DNA from: Pedosphaera sp.
GTDB taxonomy: Bacteria; Verrucomicrobiota; Verrucomicrobiia; Limisphaerales; SIBH01
Length of the DNA stretch: 64,000 bases
Reading direction: 5' to 3'
Assembly (NCBI GenBank): GCA_031414955.1
Contig: JANOQV010000065.1
Span: forward strand, 1 to 64,000
The translations under genes and the position numbers were made by a program. Shown piece by piece: positions 1-16,730 of this stretch (position 1 is its first letter; each line of letters starts with the position of its first letter). Below the pieces are notes generated by a model. The model saw nothing but the letters and a program-made list of their open reading frames with translations. It had not been told where the DNA came from and did no database searches.

Positions 1-4751
<4,751 letters not shown>

Positions 4752-5068
4752 ACGCTTGTCTTCCCTGATCGTGGGCAGGGATTGATTTCGCTGCAACGAA
4801 CAGGGCTTCTTGGGGGTGTGCTGTAACACCCGGAATCGGCCCCGACAAGCGACAAAGCGGTTTGAGCGACATTCACCGGCCGCTCACTCAACCTCTGTGT
4901 CCATCGGAGCGGCCAGAAATGAATGGAGACGGTCTGAAATCGAGTGCGTCTTCGCGATTCAAGCACGGGTCAAAGCCGCAAAATGTGCTTTGAATTCACG
5001 GCGACGATGGCAACTATCCGCCTCCATTTTAGAGCCGCATGCCTCGGAGCCGCGGCTACAGCAACGAC

Positions 5069-7215
<2,147 letters not shown>

Positions 7216-7219
<4 letters not shown>

Positions 7220-8460
7220 TCTCTCGTGTCCAAGCACTCAATTATCGCTGTCTTCGGTTCATAGATCGGCCGATGGGGCCGTTTCACGTTCTGGTCGGGC
7301 CGAATGCCAGTGGCAAGAGCACGTTCCTCGACGTGATCGCTTTTCTCGGTCAGTTGGTTTCTGACGGACTTGAACAGGTTTTAGAAAATCGCAGCCGGAA
7401 CTTCGCGGACTTGGTATGGCAGCGGAAAGGAGATCGTATTGAACTTGTTATCGAAGCGACCATTCCCGCTCACCTAAGAAAAAATATTGAGGACAATCAC
7501 TTTGACACAGTTCGTTACGAAGTTGCGGTCGGGACCGACGCGGACACCAAGGAAGTGGGTCTGTTGGCTGAGCGAGTGTCGTTCAAAACTAGCAACGGTG
7601 ATTCAGAACCCGTCCGCGAACTCTTTCCAGCCACCACGGAGCCGCCGGAAACCTTGATCGAAGCTCGTCCCAAAGGCTCCAAAACAATCATAAAAAAGCT
7701 GCAGGGCGGAAATGACAATTTCTATGCTGAATCTGGAAAGAGTTACAATCCGTCGTTCAAACTCGGCCTGAAGAAGTCCGCTTTAGGCAACCTGCCAGCA
7801 GACGAAACAGCATTTCCAGTTTCCAACTGGCTTCGTCAGTTGCTGGTGGATGGAGTGCAGCCGGTATTCCTCGAGAGTTTTTTGCTCCGTGAGGCGAGTT
7901 GGCCGGGGCAGGGAAAAAAATTCAAACCTGACGGTTCAAACCTGCCGTGGGTCGTGGAGCACCTGCGAACCTCAGACGAGAATCGTTTTCGCGAATGGAT
8001 TCGGCACGTCCAAACCGCGCTCCGCGACTTGGAAGATGTGCGCGTCATTCAACGGGAGGATGACAAGCATGCTTACCTGATGCTCTGCTACAAGGGCGGC
8101 CTGCAGGTTCCTTCGTGGATGGCTTCGGATGGCACCTTGCGCATGCTCGCACTCACGCTCCCCGCTTATCTGCCGGACATGCGTGGCATCTACTTGATTG
8201 AAGAGCCGGAGAACGGAATTCATCCCAAGGCAGTAGAGCCGGTGTTCCAATCACTTTCGTCTGTTTATGACGCGCAAGTCTTGCTGGCATCTCATTCGCC
8301 GGTTGTCTTGAGTCTGGTGGAACCGTCACAAGTTCTCTGTTTTGCCAAGGATGCCAGCGGTGCGACGGATATTGTGGCTGGTGACAAACACCCCGCGCTC
8401 AAGGAATGGAAGGGCACGCCAAACTTCAACGTGCTCTTTGCAGCGGGCGTATTGAGCTGA
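7216..8460 (+). CDS. ABC/AAA_21-type ATPase, putative defence-associated (resembles MADS Mad3 / PARIS AriA-like ATPases)
   Basis: Walker A GPNASGKS, signature ASDGTLR, Walker B/D-loop LIEEPENGIHP, H-loop SHSP. ATGA overlap with the aspS stop. Visibly more AT-rich codons than neighbours. Confidence 0.85.
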
Positions 8461-8461
8461 T

Positions 8462-9073
8462 ATGGATGGCGATCTCCTCGTGCTTGTCTCTGACCGCAAT
8501 ACCGAAGCGGTGGTGGAGGGCATTTTAAGCCGCCCTCAGTCGCTGCGAATTCGGCCCATTGTTTCCCGCATTCTGGTTCACCCCGAGAAAGACCCGGGCT
8601 GCCGACTGCACGGCCATGAACTCCTTCGGATTCACCACGAAGCCTATCGCCATGCCATCATGGTGTTTGATCGTGAAGGCAGTGGCGCAGATGAGATGTC
8701 ACGAGAGGAACTTGAGGCGGAATGCGAACAACGCCTGGCCGGCGTAGGCTGGAAAGATCGCGGCAGTGTAATTGTTTTGGAACCGGAGTTGGAAATCTGG
8801 ATCTGGAGTGATTCACCGGTGGTCGATGAGGCGCTGAACTGGAAAAATCGCACTCCTAAGCTGCGCGAATGGTTGCTAGATCGAGGCTTCACGTTCACCT
8901 CCTCCAAACCAAATCGGCCCAAAGAAGCCGTTGAGGCAGTCCTGCGCGCGGTGCGCAAGCCAAGATCATCTTCCCTCTATCGTGAGATAGCAGAAAAAGT
9001 TAGCTTTGATCGTTGCATTGATCCCGCGTTTCTCCGGTTCAGAACCTTACTGACGAAGTGGTTTGGTCAGTAG
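8462..9073 (+). CDS. ATPase partner, DUF4276/TOPRIM-like putative nuclease (resembles MADS Mad4)
   Basis: Starts 1 nt after the ATPase stop. LVLVSD..E, MVFDREG and EPELEIWIW acidic motifs typical of DUF4276-like partners. Confidence 0.65.
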   Translation: MDGDLLVLVSDRNTEAVVEGILSRPQSLRIRPIVSRILVHPEKDPGCRLHGHELLRIHHEAYRHAIMVFDREGSGADEMSREELEAECEQRLAGVGWKDRGSVIVLEPELEIWIWSDSPVVDEALNWKNRTPKLREWLLDRGFTFTSSKPNRPKEAVEAVLRAVRKPRSSSLYREIAEKVSFDRCIDPAFLRFRTLLTKWFGQ

Positions 9074-9204
9074 CTCCGCGCGAAAACTGGCTTGCTCAAG
9101 TCGCTCCTTCGCCCTTGCGCCGAAAAAACATTCGATGCGCTTTCAAAAGCTCCTCCCGCTTGCGGCGCTTGTCTTTGGCGCGCGTTTGCGGCCTAGTTTC
9201 AGCC

Positions 9205-10500
9205 ATGAACACCATTGTCTTGTCTGCGCCTGTGCGTCTCCGGTTTGTGCTCACGTCGGCGGTCGTCTTGGTCGCATTCGCGACTCACGCGGCGAATGAT
9301 TGGCCGCATTGGCGCGGGCCGAATGCGAATGGCAGCGTGACGTCTGGCGAGTATCCGGTGAAGTGGAACGCCAGCAATGTCGCCTGGAAAGTCGTGCTGC
9401 CGGGCAAGGGCACTTCCACGCCCATCGTGCATCAGGAGCAAATCTATGTGACCTCTCCCGCCGAGGGGCAGGATGCGCTGCTCGCGTTCGATTTTACCGG
9501 GCGCAGCATTTGGCAGGTGAAACTGGGGCCCGCAGATCCGCCCAAGCATCGCACGCTGGCGTCCAGCGGCAATGCTTCCCCGGTCACGGACGGCAAAGCG
9601 GTCTTCGTTTATTTCAAGAGCGGGAACTTCGCGGCGGTGGAGTTCGACGGGAAAGTTCGTTGGAAGATCAATCTCGTGGAGCGCTTTGGTCGCGACAATC
9701 TTTTCTGGGACCAGGGCACTTCGCCCATGCTTACCGACCAGCACGTCATCATGGCGCGCCTGCATGGCGGCGAATCGTGGCTGGCGGCGTTCGACAAGGT
9801 GACGGGTGAAATGCGTTGGAAGGAGGCGCGCAACTTCGACGTGCCCAACGAAAACGACAACGGCTACACCACGCCGGTGCTATTTGAGCACTCGGGCAGA
9901 AAAGCGCTGCTCGTCTGGGGCGCGGACCATTTGACGGCGCACGACGCCGCCAGCGGCAAAGTGCTCTGGTCCTGCGGCGGCTTCAATCCGCAAGGGACAG
10001 GTTTATGGCCGGCCATCGCCACACCGGCCGTGGCGGGCAACATCGCCGTGGTGATGGTCGGTCGTGACGATCGCGCGGGGCAGGCGCGCGTGCATGGAAT
10101 TCGCCTCGGCGGCTCGGGCGATGTCACCGCAACGCATCGCGCGTGGCAGCGCGATGACCTCGGTGTGTTTGTGACGTCACCGACGGTTTACAAAGGGCGC
10201 GTCTATTTGCTGCGCCACAAGGGACAGGTGGTGTGCCTCGACCCGGCGAGCGGCAAAACGATTTGGACGGGCGCTTTCCCCGAGCACCGCGCGCCCTACT
10301 ATTCGTCGCCCGTGATTGCGAATGGAGTTCTCTACGCGGCCCGCGAAGACGGCACCGTGTTCACGGCGAAGGTGGAGGAGAAGTTTGAACTGCTCGGCGA
10401 AAATCCGATGGGCGAACGCATCGTCGCCTCGCCCGTGCCCGCCGCCGGCCACGTTGTGATCCGCGGTGACAAGCATTTGTTTGGCGTGGGAAAGCAATGA
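9205..10500 (+). CDS. Secreted PQQ-binding-like beta-propeller (BamB-like) protein
   Basis: Signal peptide then NDWPHWRGP; repeated 'A.D..TG...W' blades; SSPV motifs. Confidence 0.88.
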   Translation: MNTIVLSAPVRLRFVLTSAVVLVAFATHAANDWPHWRGPNANGSVTSGEYPVKWNASNVAWKVVLPGKGTSTPIVHQEQIYVTSPAEGQDALLAFDFTGRSIWQVKLGPADPPKHRTLASSGNASPVTDGKAVFVYFKSGNFAAVEFDGKVRWKINLVERFGRDNLFWDQGTSPMLTDQHVIMARLHGGESWLAAFDKVTGEMRWKEARNFDVPNENDNGYTTPVLFEHSGRKALLVWGADHLTAHDAASGKVLWSCGGFNPQGTGLWPAIATPAVAGNIAVVMVGRDDRAGQARVHGIRLGGSGDVTATHRAWQRDDLGVFVTSPTVYKGRVYLLRHKGQVVCLDPASGKTIWTGAFPEHRAPYYSSPVIANGVLYAAREDGTVFTAKVEEKFELLGENPMGERIVASPVPAAGHVVIRGDKHLFGVGKQ

Positions 10501-10549
10501 TGACGCGGCCCAAATGGGCGATGTAACGCGCTACTACTGCACTCTCCGG

Positions 10550-10578
10550 TTGCGCCACGCACATCAGAAACGTAGAAT
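10550..10578 (+). promoter_or_regulatory. Sigma70-type promoter, probably leaderless
   Basis: TTGCGC-N17-TAGAAT, GTG start 6 nt downstream, no Shine-Dalgarno. Confidence 0.55.
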
Positions 10579-10584
10579 TCGGTT

Positions 10585-13020
10585 GTGAAAACCCGCCGGG
10601 TGAAACTTTTACTGGGCAGCCTGAACCTCGCCGCGTTGCTCTGCCAGGCGCTGTGTTCCCCGGCGGCGCCGATCGCGGGTGACGAGCGCTGGGACTTCCG
10701 ATTCGGCTGCGTGGGATTGGACAATTCACCCACGGCATTCGCGTGGCATGATGGACAGCTTCACCTCGGTGGCTGGTTTTACACCGCGGGTCATGCGGTC
10801 GTGAATGGCGTGGCGCGATGGGATGGCACTAATTTCTGGCCGCTCGGCGGCGGACTGTGGATGCCGTCCGACTTTAATTTCAACCAACTTTCGGGGGTGA
10901 TGGCGCTCGCGAGCTTTCGCGGACAGTTGATCGCCGGCGGCGAGTTTTTTCTCACTGACACCAACACCACCCAGGCGCTGGCGGTGTGGAATGGCACGAA
11001 CTGGAGCAGCCTGGGCGGCGTCACGGGGCGCGTCACGGTGCTCAAGGTGGAGAGTGATGCGCTGTATGTCGGTGGGGTGTTTGGGTTTCCGGGCGACACG
11101 AATCGCTACGCGGTGGCGCGCTGGGACGGCGCGCAATGGGAGACGTTCGGCAGCGTGGTGGAAGCGTGCTTTCACTGTGGTGAGGCAAGCGTTCACTCGC
11201 TCGCCGTGCGCGGCCAGGAAATCATTGTGCTCGGCTCGTTTCATTACATGGCGGGCCTGCCCACTGGCGGTTACGTGCGCTACGACGGTACACAGTGGGA
11301 TCAGTTTCCATCGAACGTGGGCGGCGGGTTACGTGACGTAACGTTTCACGGCGACCAAGTGTTTGTCGCGGGCCAGTTCTTCAGCATCGGCGCGGACAAC
11401 GTGACGAACGTCGCGCGCTGGAGCGGAACGAACTGGCTGCCGGTCGGCGAGCATCTCGGGATCGCCACTTGGCCGCTGGAGGGAATCGACGATGAATCCG
11501 TGGACCGGCTGCACTCGGACGGGGATGCGTTGTACGCCATCGGAGAATTCACGCGCTCGGGTTCGACGGCGATGGATGGCGTGGCGCGCTGGAACAGCAC
11601 CGCCTGGGAATCGATGGGGACGAACATTTTATCAGATAATGATTGGCGTTCGGTCATCGGCACCAGTCCTGACGGTCGCGTGTTCCTCGGTGGTTATTTC
11701 GAGTCGTTGCGGGGCCGTCCGGCGGGTCACATCGCTGAATGGAACGGCATTCAATGGCAGCCGCTTGGCCCGGACACGGCGCGCGGAGTGGGTGAGAGCA
11801 TCGGCTTCGTTTTTTCGCTGGCTGCAAACGGGCCGGACGTTTACGCGGGCGGCATCTTCCAAAACGCCGGACCTGTCCGCGTGGGAGCACTGGCACGCCT
11901 GACGCCAACGGGCACCACGAACGTAGGGACCAGTTTCACCAACTTCAGCGACCGTGTCCTCGCGCTCACGGTGATGGGTAGCAACCTCTTCGCAGGAGGA
12001 CGTTTCACCAATGCGGGCGGCGTGCCGGCGAATTGCCTCGCGCGCTGGGACGGTGAAACGTGGAGCGGCTTCGGCAACGCCATTCAAAGTAATGTGCTCG
12101 CGCTTGCCACTGACGGCTCGCGTCTTTTCGTCGGCGGCTTGTTCACCGAAGCGCAAGGTTCAGTTGGCAATCGCATTGCGATGTGGGATGGCACGAATTG
12201 GTCATCGCTCGGCAGCGGCATGGACAACGCGGTGGCCGCCCTGGCCTGGGCGAATGGATTTCTCTACGCGGGCGGCTCCTTCACCAACGCGGGCGGAACG
12301 GCGGCGAACCGCATCGCACGTTGGAACGGCAGCGCGTGGGAAGCGCTCGGTGATAGCATCGGCGGCACGAACGCGCGGGTGAACGCGTTGCTCGTGTCCG
12401 GCTCGAATGTCTTCGCCGCCGGGCAACGATTTACGATGGCTGGCTCGCGCGCCGTCACCAACATCGCCCAATGGAACGGAGTGGAATGGCAACCGCTCGG
12501 CAGTGTGGAAAGCAATGGTGTCAACAACACCGTTTTCACGCTCGCGATGGTGAACGGCGATCTGTTCGTGGGCGGAAATTTCACGATGGCGGGCAGCGTT
12601 CCTGTGAAAGGGTTGGCCCGATGGGACGGCACCAATTGGTCGCACTTGGGCTCCGGCGTTGATTACGCGCAAAGTATTTCAACGTCACTGCCGCGCGTGC
12701 TCGCTTTGCTGCCGCACGGCAACGATCTCTACGTCGGTGGCGCATTCACGACGGCCGGCGGCTATCCGTCCTACGGAATCGCGCGATGGGTAAACCAGCC
12801 CACGGTTCGGTTTGATTTCATCAAACATTCGTCAGCGCGGACGGACTTGATGTTGAGCGGACTGGCGGGCCTGCGCTACACGCTCGAAGCCAGTGCCGAT
12901 TTGCAGAACTGGTCGGGCATTGTTTCAGAACGGGCCTTCACGCCCACGCGCGAAATCGCCCTGCCCGCGACCACATTGACGAACGCGGGAACTTTTTTTC
13001 GTGTGTTCCTGAGGCCGTGA
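10585..13020 (+). CDS. Secreted beta-propeller repeat protein with C-terminal putative sorting domain
   Basis: Signal peptide; roughly a dozen repeats of 'V.AL......LY.GG.F..AG.......IARWDG..W..LG'; tail YTLEASADLQNW...GTFFRV. Confidence 0.85.
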   Translation: MKTRRVKLLLGSLNLAALLCQALCSPAAPIAGDERWDFRFGCVGLDNSPTAFAWHDGQLHLGGWFYTAGHAVVNGVARWDGTNFWPLGGGLWMPSDFNFNQLSGVMALASFRGQLIAGGEFFLTDTNTTQALAVWNGTNWSSLGGVTGRVTVLKVESDALYVGGVFGFPGDTNRYAVARWDGAQWETFGSVVEACFHCGEASVHSLAVRGQEIIVLGSFHYMAGLPTGGYVRYDGTQWDQFPSNVGGGLRDVTFHGDQVFVAGQFFSIGADNVTNVARWSGTNWLPVGEHLGIATWPLEGIDDESVDRLHSDGDALYAIGEFTRSGSTAMDGVARWNSTAWESMGTNILSDNDWRSVIGTSPDGRVFLGGYFESLRGRPAGHIAEWNGIQWQPLGPDTARGVGESIGFVFSLAANGPDVYAGGIFQNAGPVRVGALARLTPTGTTNVGTSFTNFSDRVLALTVMGSNLFAGGRFTNAGGVPANCLARWDGETWSGFGNAIQSNVLALATDGSRLFVGGLFTEAQGSVGNRIAMWDGTNWSSLGSGMDNAVAALAWANGFLYAGGSFTNAGGTAANRIARWNGSAWEALGDSIGGTNARVNALLVSGSNVFAAGQRFTMAGSRAVTNIAQWNGVEWQPLGSVESNGVNNTVFTLAMVNGDLFVGGNFTMAGSVPVKGLARWDGTNWSHLGSGVDYAQSISTSLPRVLALLPHGNDLYVGGAFTTAGGYPSYGIARWVNQPTVRFDFIKHSSARTDLMLSGLAGLRYTLEASADLQNWSGIVSERAFTPTREIALPATTLTNAGTFFRVFLRP

Positions 13021-13032
13021 AGCCGGAGTCAG

Positions 13033-13135
13033 CTACTTAGCTCCCTTCACCCGCATCTTCAGTCCGTAAACGCTCTTGCTCGCGGTGATGAAGAGGAGGT
13101 CGCGGTCTTTGCCGCCGAAGGTGATTCGGCGGCTC
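13033..13135 (-). pseudogene. C-terminal remnant of an SMP-30/gluconolactonase-family gene
   Basis: Reads ITFGGKDRDLLFITASKSVYGLKMRVKGAK*, like the last blade of gluconolactonases. The upstream part is replaced by the asd promoter. Confidence 0.6.
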
Positions 13136-13155
13136 ACGCACCTTGATCGCCTCGT

Positions 13156-13183
13156 TTGACACCAAGTGACCAGCCGATATAGT
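13156..13183 (+). promoter_or_regulatory. Sigma70 promoter of asd
   Basis: TTGACA-N16-TATAGT, 14 nt before the ATG. Confidence 0.65.
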
Positions 13184-13197
13184 CGCCGCCCTTTGAC

Positions 13198-14202
13198 ATG
13201 AACCGAAATCCGCATGTAGCCGTGGTCGGTGCGACGGGAGCCGTCGGCATCGAGATGATTAAAACGCTGGAGAAGCGCAATTTCCCGGTGGGCAAACTGA
13301 CCTTGCTCGCCTCGGCCCGTTCCGCGGGCAAGAAACTCACGTTCAGGGGCGAGTCGGTGACGGTGCAGGAACTGACTCGCGACGGCTTCAAGGGCATCGA
13401 CGTGGCGCTCTTCAGCGCCGGCGGCGGCATCTCCAAGGAATTCGCTCCGCAGGCCGTTCGGCAAAACTGCGTGGTGGTGGACAACTCGAGCGCCTTCCGC
13501 ATGGATGACACCGTGCCGTTGGTGGTGCCGGAGATCAACGCGGCGGATGTGAAGCTGCACCGCGGCATCATCGCCAATCCGAATTGCACCACGGCCATCA
13601 CGCTCATGGCGCTGTATCCGCTGCACCAGGCGTTCGGCGTCACGCGCATTTTCGCTTCGAGCTACCAGGCGGTGTCCGGTACGGGGGCCAAGGCCATCGA
13701 GGAACTGGAGCGCCAGGTCAACGAGATCACGTCCGGCAGGCCGGTGACCAAGGAAATTTACCCGCACCAGATCGCCTTCAACGTATTGCCGCAGGTGGAT
13801 TCCTTCCTGCCCGACGGTTACACCAAGGAGGAGATGAAGATGCAGAACGAGGGGCGCAAGATCATGCATCACGCCGGCTTCCGCGCCAGCGTGACCTGCG
13901 TGCGCGTGCCGGTATATCGCGCGCATTCGGTGGCAGTGTCGGCGGAGTTCCTGAAGCCAATCACCGCCGAAGCCGCGCGCGCCGTCCTAGCCAATGCCCC
14001 CGGCCTCGACATCATCGACGACCCGGCCAACCAGCGTTACCCGCTGCCGCTGGACGTGGCCGAGCGCTACAACTGCGCTGTGGGCCGCATTCGCAAAGAT
14101 TGCGCGATGGACAACGGGCTGTGCTTCTGGGTCTGCGGCGACCAACTGCTCAAGGGCGCGGCGCTAAACGCGGTGCAGATCGCGGAAGTGCTGATGAACT
14201 GA
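13198..14202 (+). CDS. asd: Aspartate-semialdehyde dehydrogenase
   Basis: GATGAVG, DNSSAFRM, catalytic NPNCTT, YQAVSGTG, RVPVYRAHS, DQLLKGAALNAVQIAE. Confidence 0.97.
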   Translation: MNRNPHVAVVGATGAVGIEMIKTLEKRNFPVGKLTLLASARSAGKKLTFRGESVTVQELTRDGFKGIDVALFSAGGGISKEFAPQAVRQNCVVVDNSSAFRMDDTVPLVVPEINAADVKLHRGIIANPNCTTAITLMALYPLHQAFGVTRIFASSYQAVSGTGAKAIEELERQVNEITSGRPVTKEIYPHQIAFNVLPQVDSFLPDGYTKEEMKMQNEGRKIMHHAGFRASVTCVRVPVYRAHSVAVSAEFLKPITAEAARAVLANAPGLDIIDDPANQRYPLPLDVAERYNCAVGRIRKDCAMDNGLCFWVCGDQLLKGAALNAVQIAEVLMN

Positions 14203-14209
14203 ACTGCGC

Positions 14210-16180
14210 TCACGGAAGCACCAGCCTGTAGAACGTTCCGGAGCCGGACGTGTTCGTGGTGAACGGGCTGGTCGGCGAACCGGGGACGGGCGTCCAGTTG
14301 GCCGAGTTGCTGATGTCGGTGGAGTGTTCGAGCGTGCCGGCACTGTTCCAAGTGATGACCACATCCGCACCGCTGGTCGTGATTTTCAGCCTTCGGGTGT
14401 TGGCATATTCCGTAATGGTGGCCGTCAATTCCAACGCCATTTCGCAGTCAGAACTTGTGTCGCCGAACTGGAACACGACTATCGCGATGACATTGTCGCC
14501 TACTGCCTGATTCGTCGTAGGAAGAGGCACCGGTGCGGAGATGGGCGTTGGGTCAGTGACAAAGCTTGGGGTGCGAGTGGTGACAGATAGCGCGCCGGCA
14601 CCAACGTTGAAGCGCCCCGCTTCCTGGCCGTTCAGGTAAACCACCGCGCCGTCCTCGAACACATGGCGCATCGACAGGACTGTGTTCGCAGGGTCGGCAT
14701 TGAGGTAGAAGTGGCGGCGGAAAAATTGCGGCGCGCTGTCGTTGAACGGATAAACGGCGGTGCGGATAGGCACGCCATTAGCCGACGTGTCCCGGCCCAG
14801 ACCTGCCAGGCCAGTGGGCCAGAGCGCATCATCGTAGTTCACCGCTTCCCAACCCGTGCCGAAGAGGTTGGTTTCGGTGCTGAAGCTCCAGATGTTGTTC
14901 GGTCCGTCGAAGTCGATGAGTTGCAGGATATGGTGGAGAGGAAGAATTGTGAGTTCGACTCCAAGCGGAGTCGCGGCGGTGTCGTAAACGTCAGAGAGGC
15001 GAAGGGAGTGGTTCACGGCATCGGTGTACGGAGGGTCGAATCCAATCACGATGTTCGTGGCGTTGGTCAGCACCGCGGTCATGGCCGCGACGCCGGTCAA
15101 TTCCGGATTCGTGCCGGTCGGAAAGATTTGGAAGCTGGATGGATCAAAGCCCGCCGGACTGATCGGCTCGGAAAAACTGACGGTCACGGTGGTCCGGGTG
15201 AAGTCACCGATTGCCCGTAACGCCACCGGCGCATTGGTATCGGGGTTCACCGTCAGGGTGGCTCCGCCACTGGTCTGAATTCCCAGGGAATTGGAAACGA
15301 TCACGCTGAAGACCGCGCCGTTGTCGCCGGGATAAACCACCGATGGAACGGTGTAACTGGCGCTGTGCGCACCGGGAATTGGAACCCCATCGCGCAACCA
15401 GTAATAAGCTCGCGGCAGACCCGTGGCCGCCACCGTGAACGCGGCTGAACCGCGCTCCGGGACCGTGATGCTGTCGGGATCGTCCGTGACGGTGATGTCT
15501 CCCGTCGCCGCGCCGGTGAAGACCACATTGTCGATGGCAAACGCACCGTCCTGGCCGGTAGCGTTGTTATCATCCAGCCAGAGCAAGTACAGGTCGGTGC
15601 CGGGCGCCCAAGTACCCACCCCCAAAAGGGCGCTCAAAGTGGCGTTGGAAGCCACGCCCGAAAGTTCGGGAATCGACGTCCAAGTATTTGTCAAGCCAGT
15701 CAGGCTCCAGTAGGCGCGCTGACCTGGAATAGAATCTGTGATCGGCGGGACCAAGACGGAGAAATTATAACTGACTTGAAGCAGTTCTAGGCTGCTCGCG
15801 GAGGTGTTTCGCAGTCGCGCCATCAAGATAATGACCGGCACTCCACCGGGCTGCGTCACAAGGACGCCCAGCGTTGAGTTATGCCGCGCCAGTCTGGAAG
15901 TGCCAGTAGCAGTGGTAGTAGGCAGAGTGGTGACGATACTGGTGGCGTTCAGGGTTTGCGCGAAGGCGTCCAATTGTGCCGGCGTGCCATAATCGTCAAA
16001 CCTATCGATATCATGAGTGGCCCACTCCGTGGCGGGTGGCGTGTTGGAAAAGTTGATTACCGGACTGGGGCCGATATTGACGGCAATCTGCGCCGGCAAA
16101 CTCGCGGCCCCGAATAAAAGTGCCGCCGCAGCGAAGGCATGTTTCGCGAAGGCCACCGGCACAGTTGCATAGCTCTTCAT
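14210..16180 (-). CDS. Secreted multidomain surface protein (Ig-like, galactose-binding-like, C-terminal FYR domain), paralog 1
   Basis: Signal peptide; Ig-like segment 'FTVAATG..Y.WLRDG.PIPGA'; 'VTVSFSEPI'; 'FFRRHF...DGAVVYLNG'; tail 'WTPVPGSPTSPF...GTFYRL'. Confidence 0.85.
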   Translation of the reverse strand: MKSYATVPVAFAKHAFAAAALLFGAASLPAQIAVNIGPSPVINFSNTPPATEWATHDIDRFDDYGTPAQLDAFAQTLNATSIVTTLPTTTATGTSRLARHNSTLGVLVTQPGGVPVIILMARLRNTSASSLELLQVSYNFSVLVPPITDSIPGQRAYWSLTGLTNTWTSIPELSGVASNATLSALLGVGTWAPGTDLYLLWLDDNNATGQDGAFAIDNVVFTGAATGDITVTDDPDSITVPERGSAAFTVAATGLPRAYYWLRDGVPIPGAHSASYTVPSVVYPGDNGAVFSVIVSNSLGIQTSGGATLTVNPDTNAPVALRAIGDFTRTTVTVSFSEPISPAGFDPSSFQIFPTGTNPELTGVAAMTAVLTNATNIVIGFDPPYTDAVNHSLRLSDVYDTAATPLGVELTILPLHHILQLIDFDGPNNIWSFSTETNLFGTGWEAVNYDDALWPTGLAGLGRDTSANGVPIRTAVYPFNDSAPQFFRRHFYLNADPANTVLSMRHVFEDGAVVYLNGQEAGRFNVGAGALSVTTRTPSFVTDPTPISAPVPLPTTNQAVGDNVIAIVVFQFGDTSSDCEMALELTATITEYANTRRLKITTSGADVVITWNSAGTLEHSTDISNSANWTPVPGSPTSPFTTNTSGSGTFYRLVLP

Positions 16181-16282
16181 GGGTCAGGTGAGGTGTCCTG
16201 TTATTCAACCGAACCGAGCCGCTGCGGGCAAGCCGAAGTTCGGTGCAAATTGCGGAAGGGGCGCAACCGGGCACACGCACCA

Positions 16283-16414
16283 GACTCCCTCTCCTCCATG
16301 AAATGGAAGAGGGTCGGGGAGAGGAGGCGGGTTTAGCCACCCCTCGGTCAGCCGTGTTCAATGGCCCCTCTCCCCAGCCCTTCTCCCCGCGCTGCGCTGC
16401 GGGGAGAGGGAGTC
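16283..16414. repeat. ~130-bp palindromic REP/MITE-like element (CCCTCTCCC...GGGAGAGGG family)
   Basis: Perfect 12-bp terminal inverted repeat GACTCCCTCTCC / GGAGAGGGAGTC with internal hairpins; lies at the duplication junction. Confidence 0.8.
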
Positions 16415-16417
16415 AGC

Positions 16418-16723
16418 ATGGTGCGCGTGCCGGTGTATCGCGCGCATTCGGTGGCAGTGTCGGCGGAGTTCCTGAAGCCGATCACTGCGGAAGCCGCGCG
16501 CGCCGTGCTGGCCCAGGCTCCCGGCCTCGACATCATCGACGACCCGGCCAACCCGCGTTACCCGCTGCCGCTGGACGTGGCCGAGCGCTACAACTGCGCC
16601 GTGGGCCGCATTCGCAAAGATTGCGCGATGGACAACGGGCTGTGCTTCTGGGTCTGCGGGGATCAACTGCTCAAGGGCGCGGCGCTGAACGCGGTGCAGA
16701 TCGCGGAAGTGCTGATGAACTGA
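16418..16723 (+). pseudogene. asd: Duplicated 3' third of asd (101 codons, frame intact)
   Basis: MVRVPVYRAHS...AVQIAEVLMN*; about 14 nt differences from asd over 303 nt by manual alignment. Confidence 0.9.
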
Positions 16724-16730
16724 ATTGCAC

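Noticed and set aside
16361..16723. 120-aa ORF as a novel gene
   Set aside because: It is the palindromic repeat read in frame into the duplicated asd fragment.
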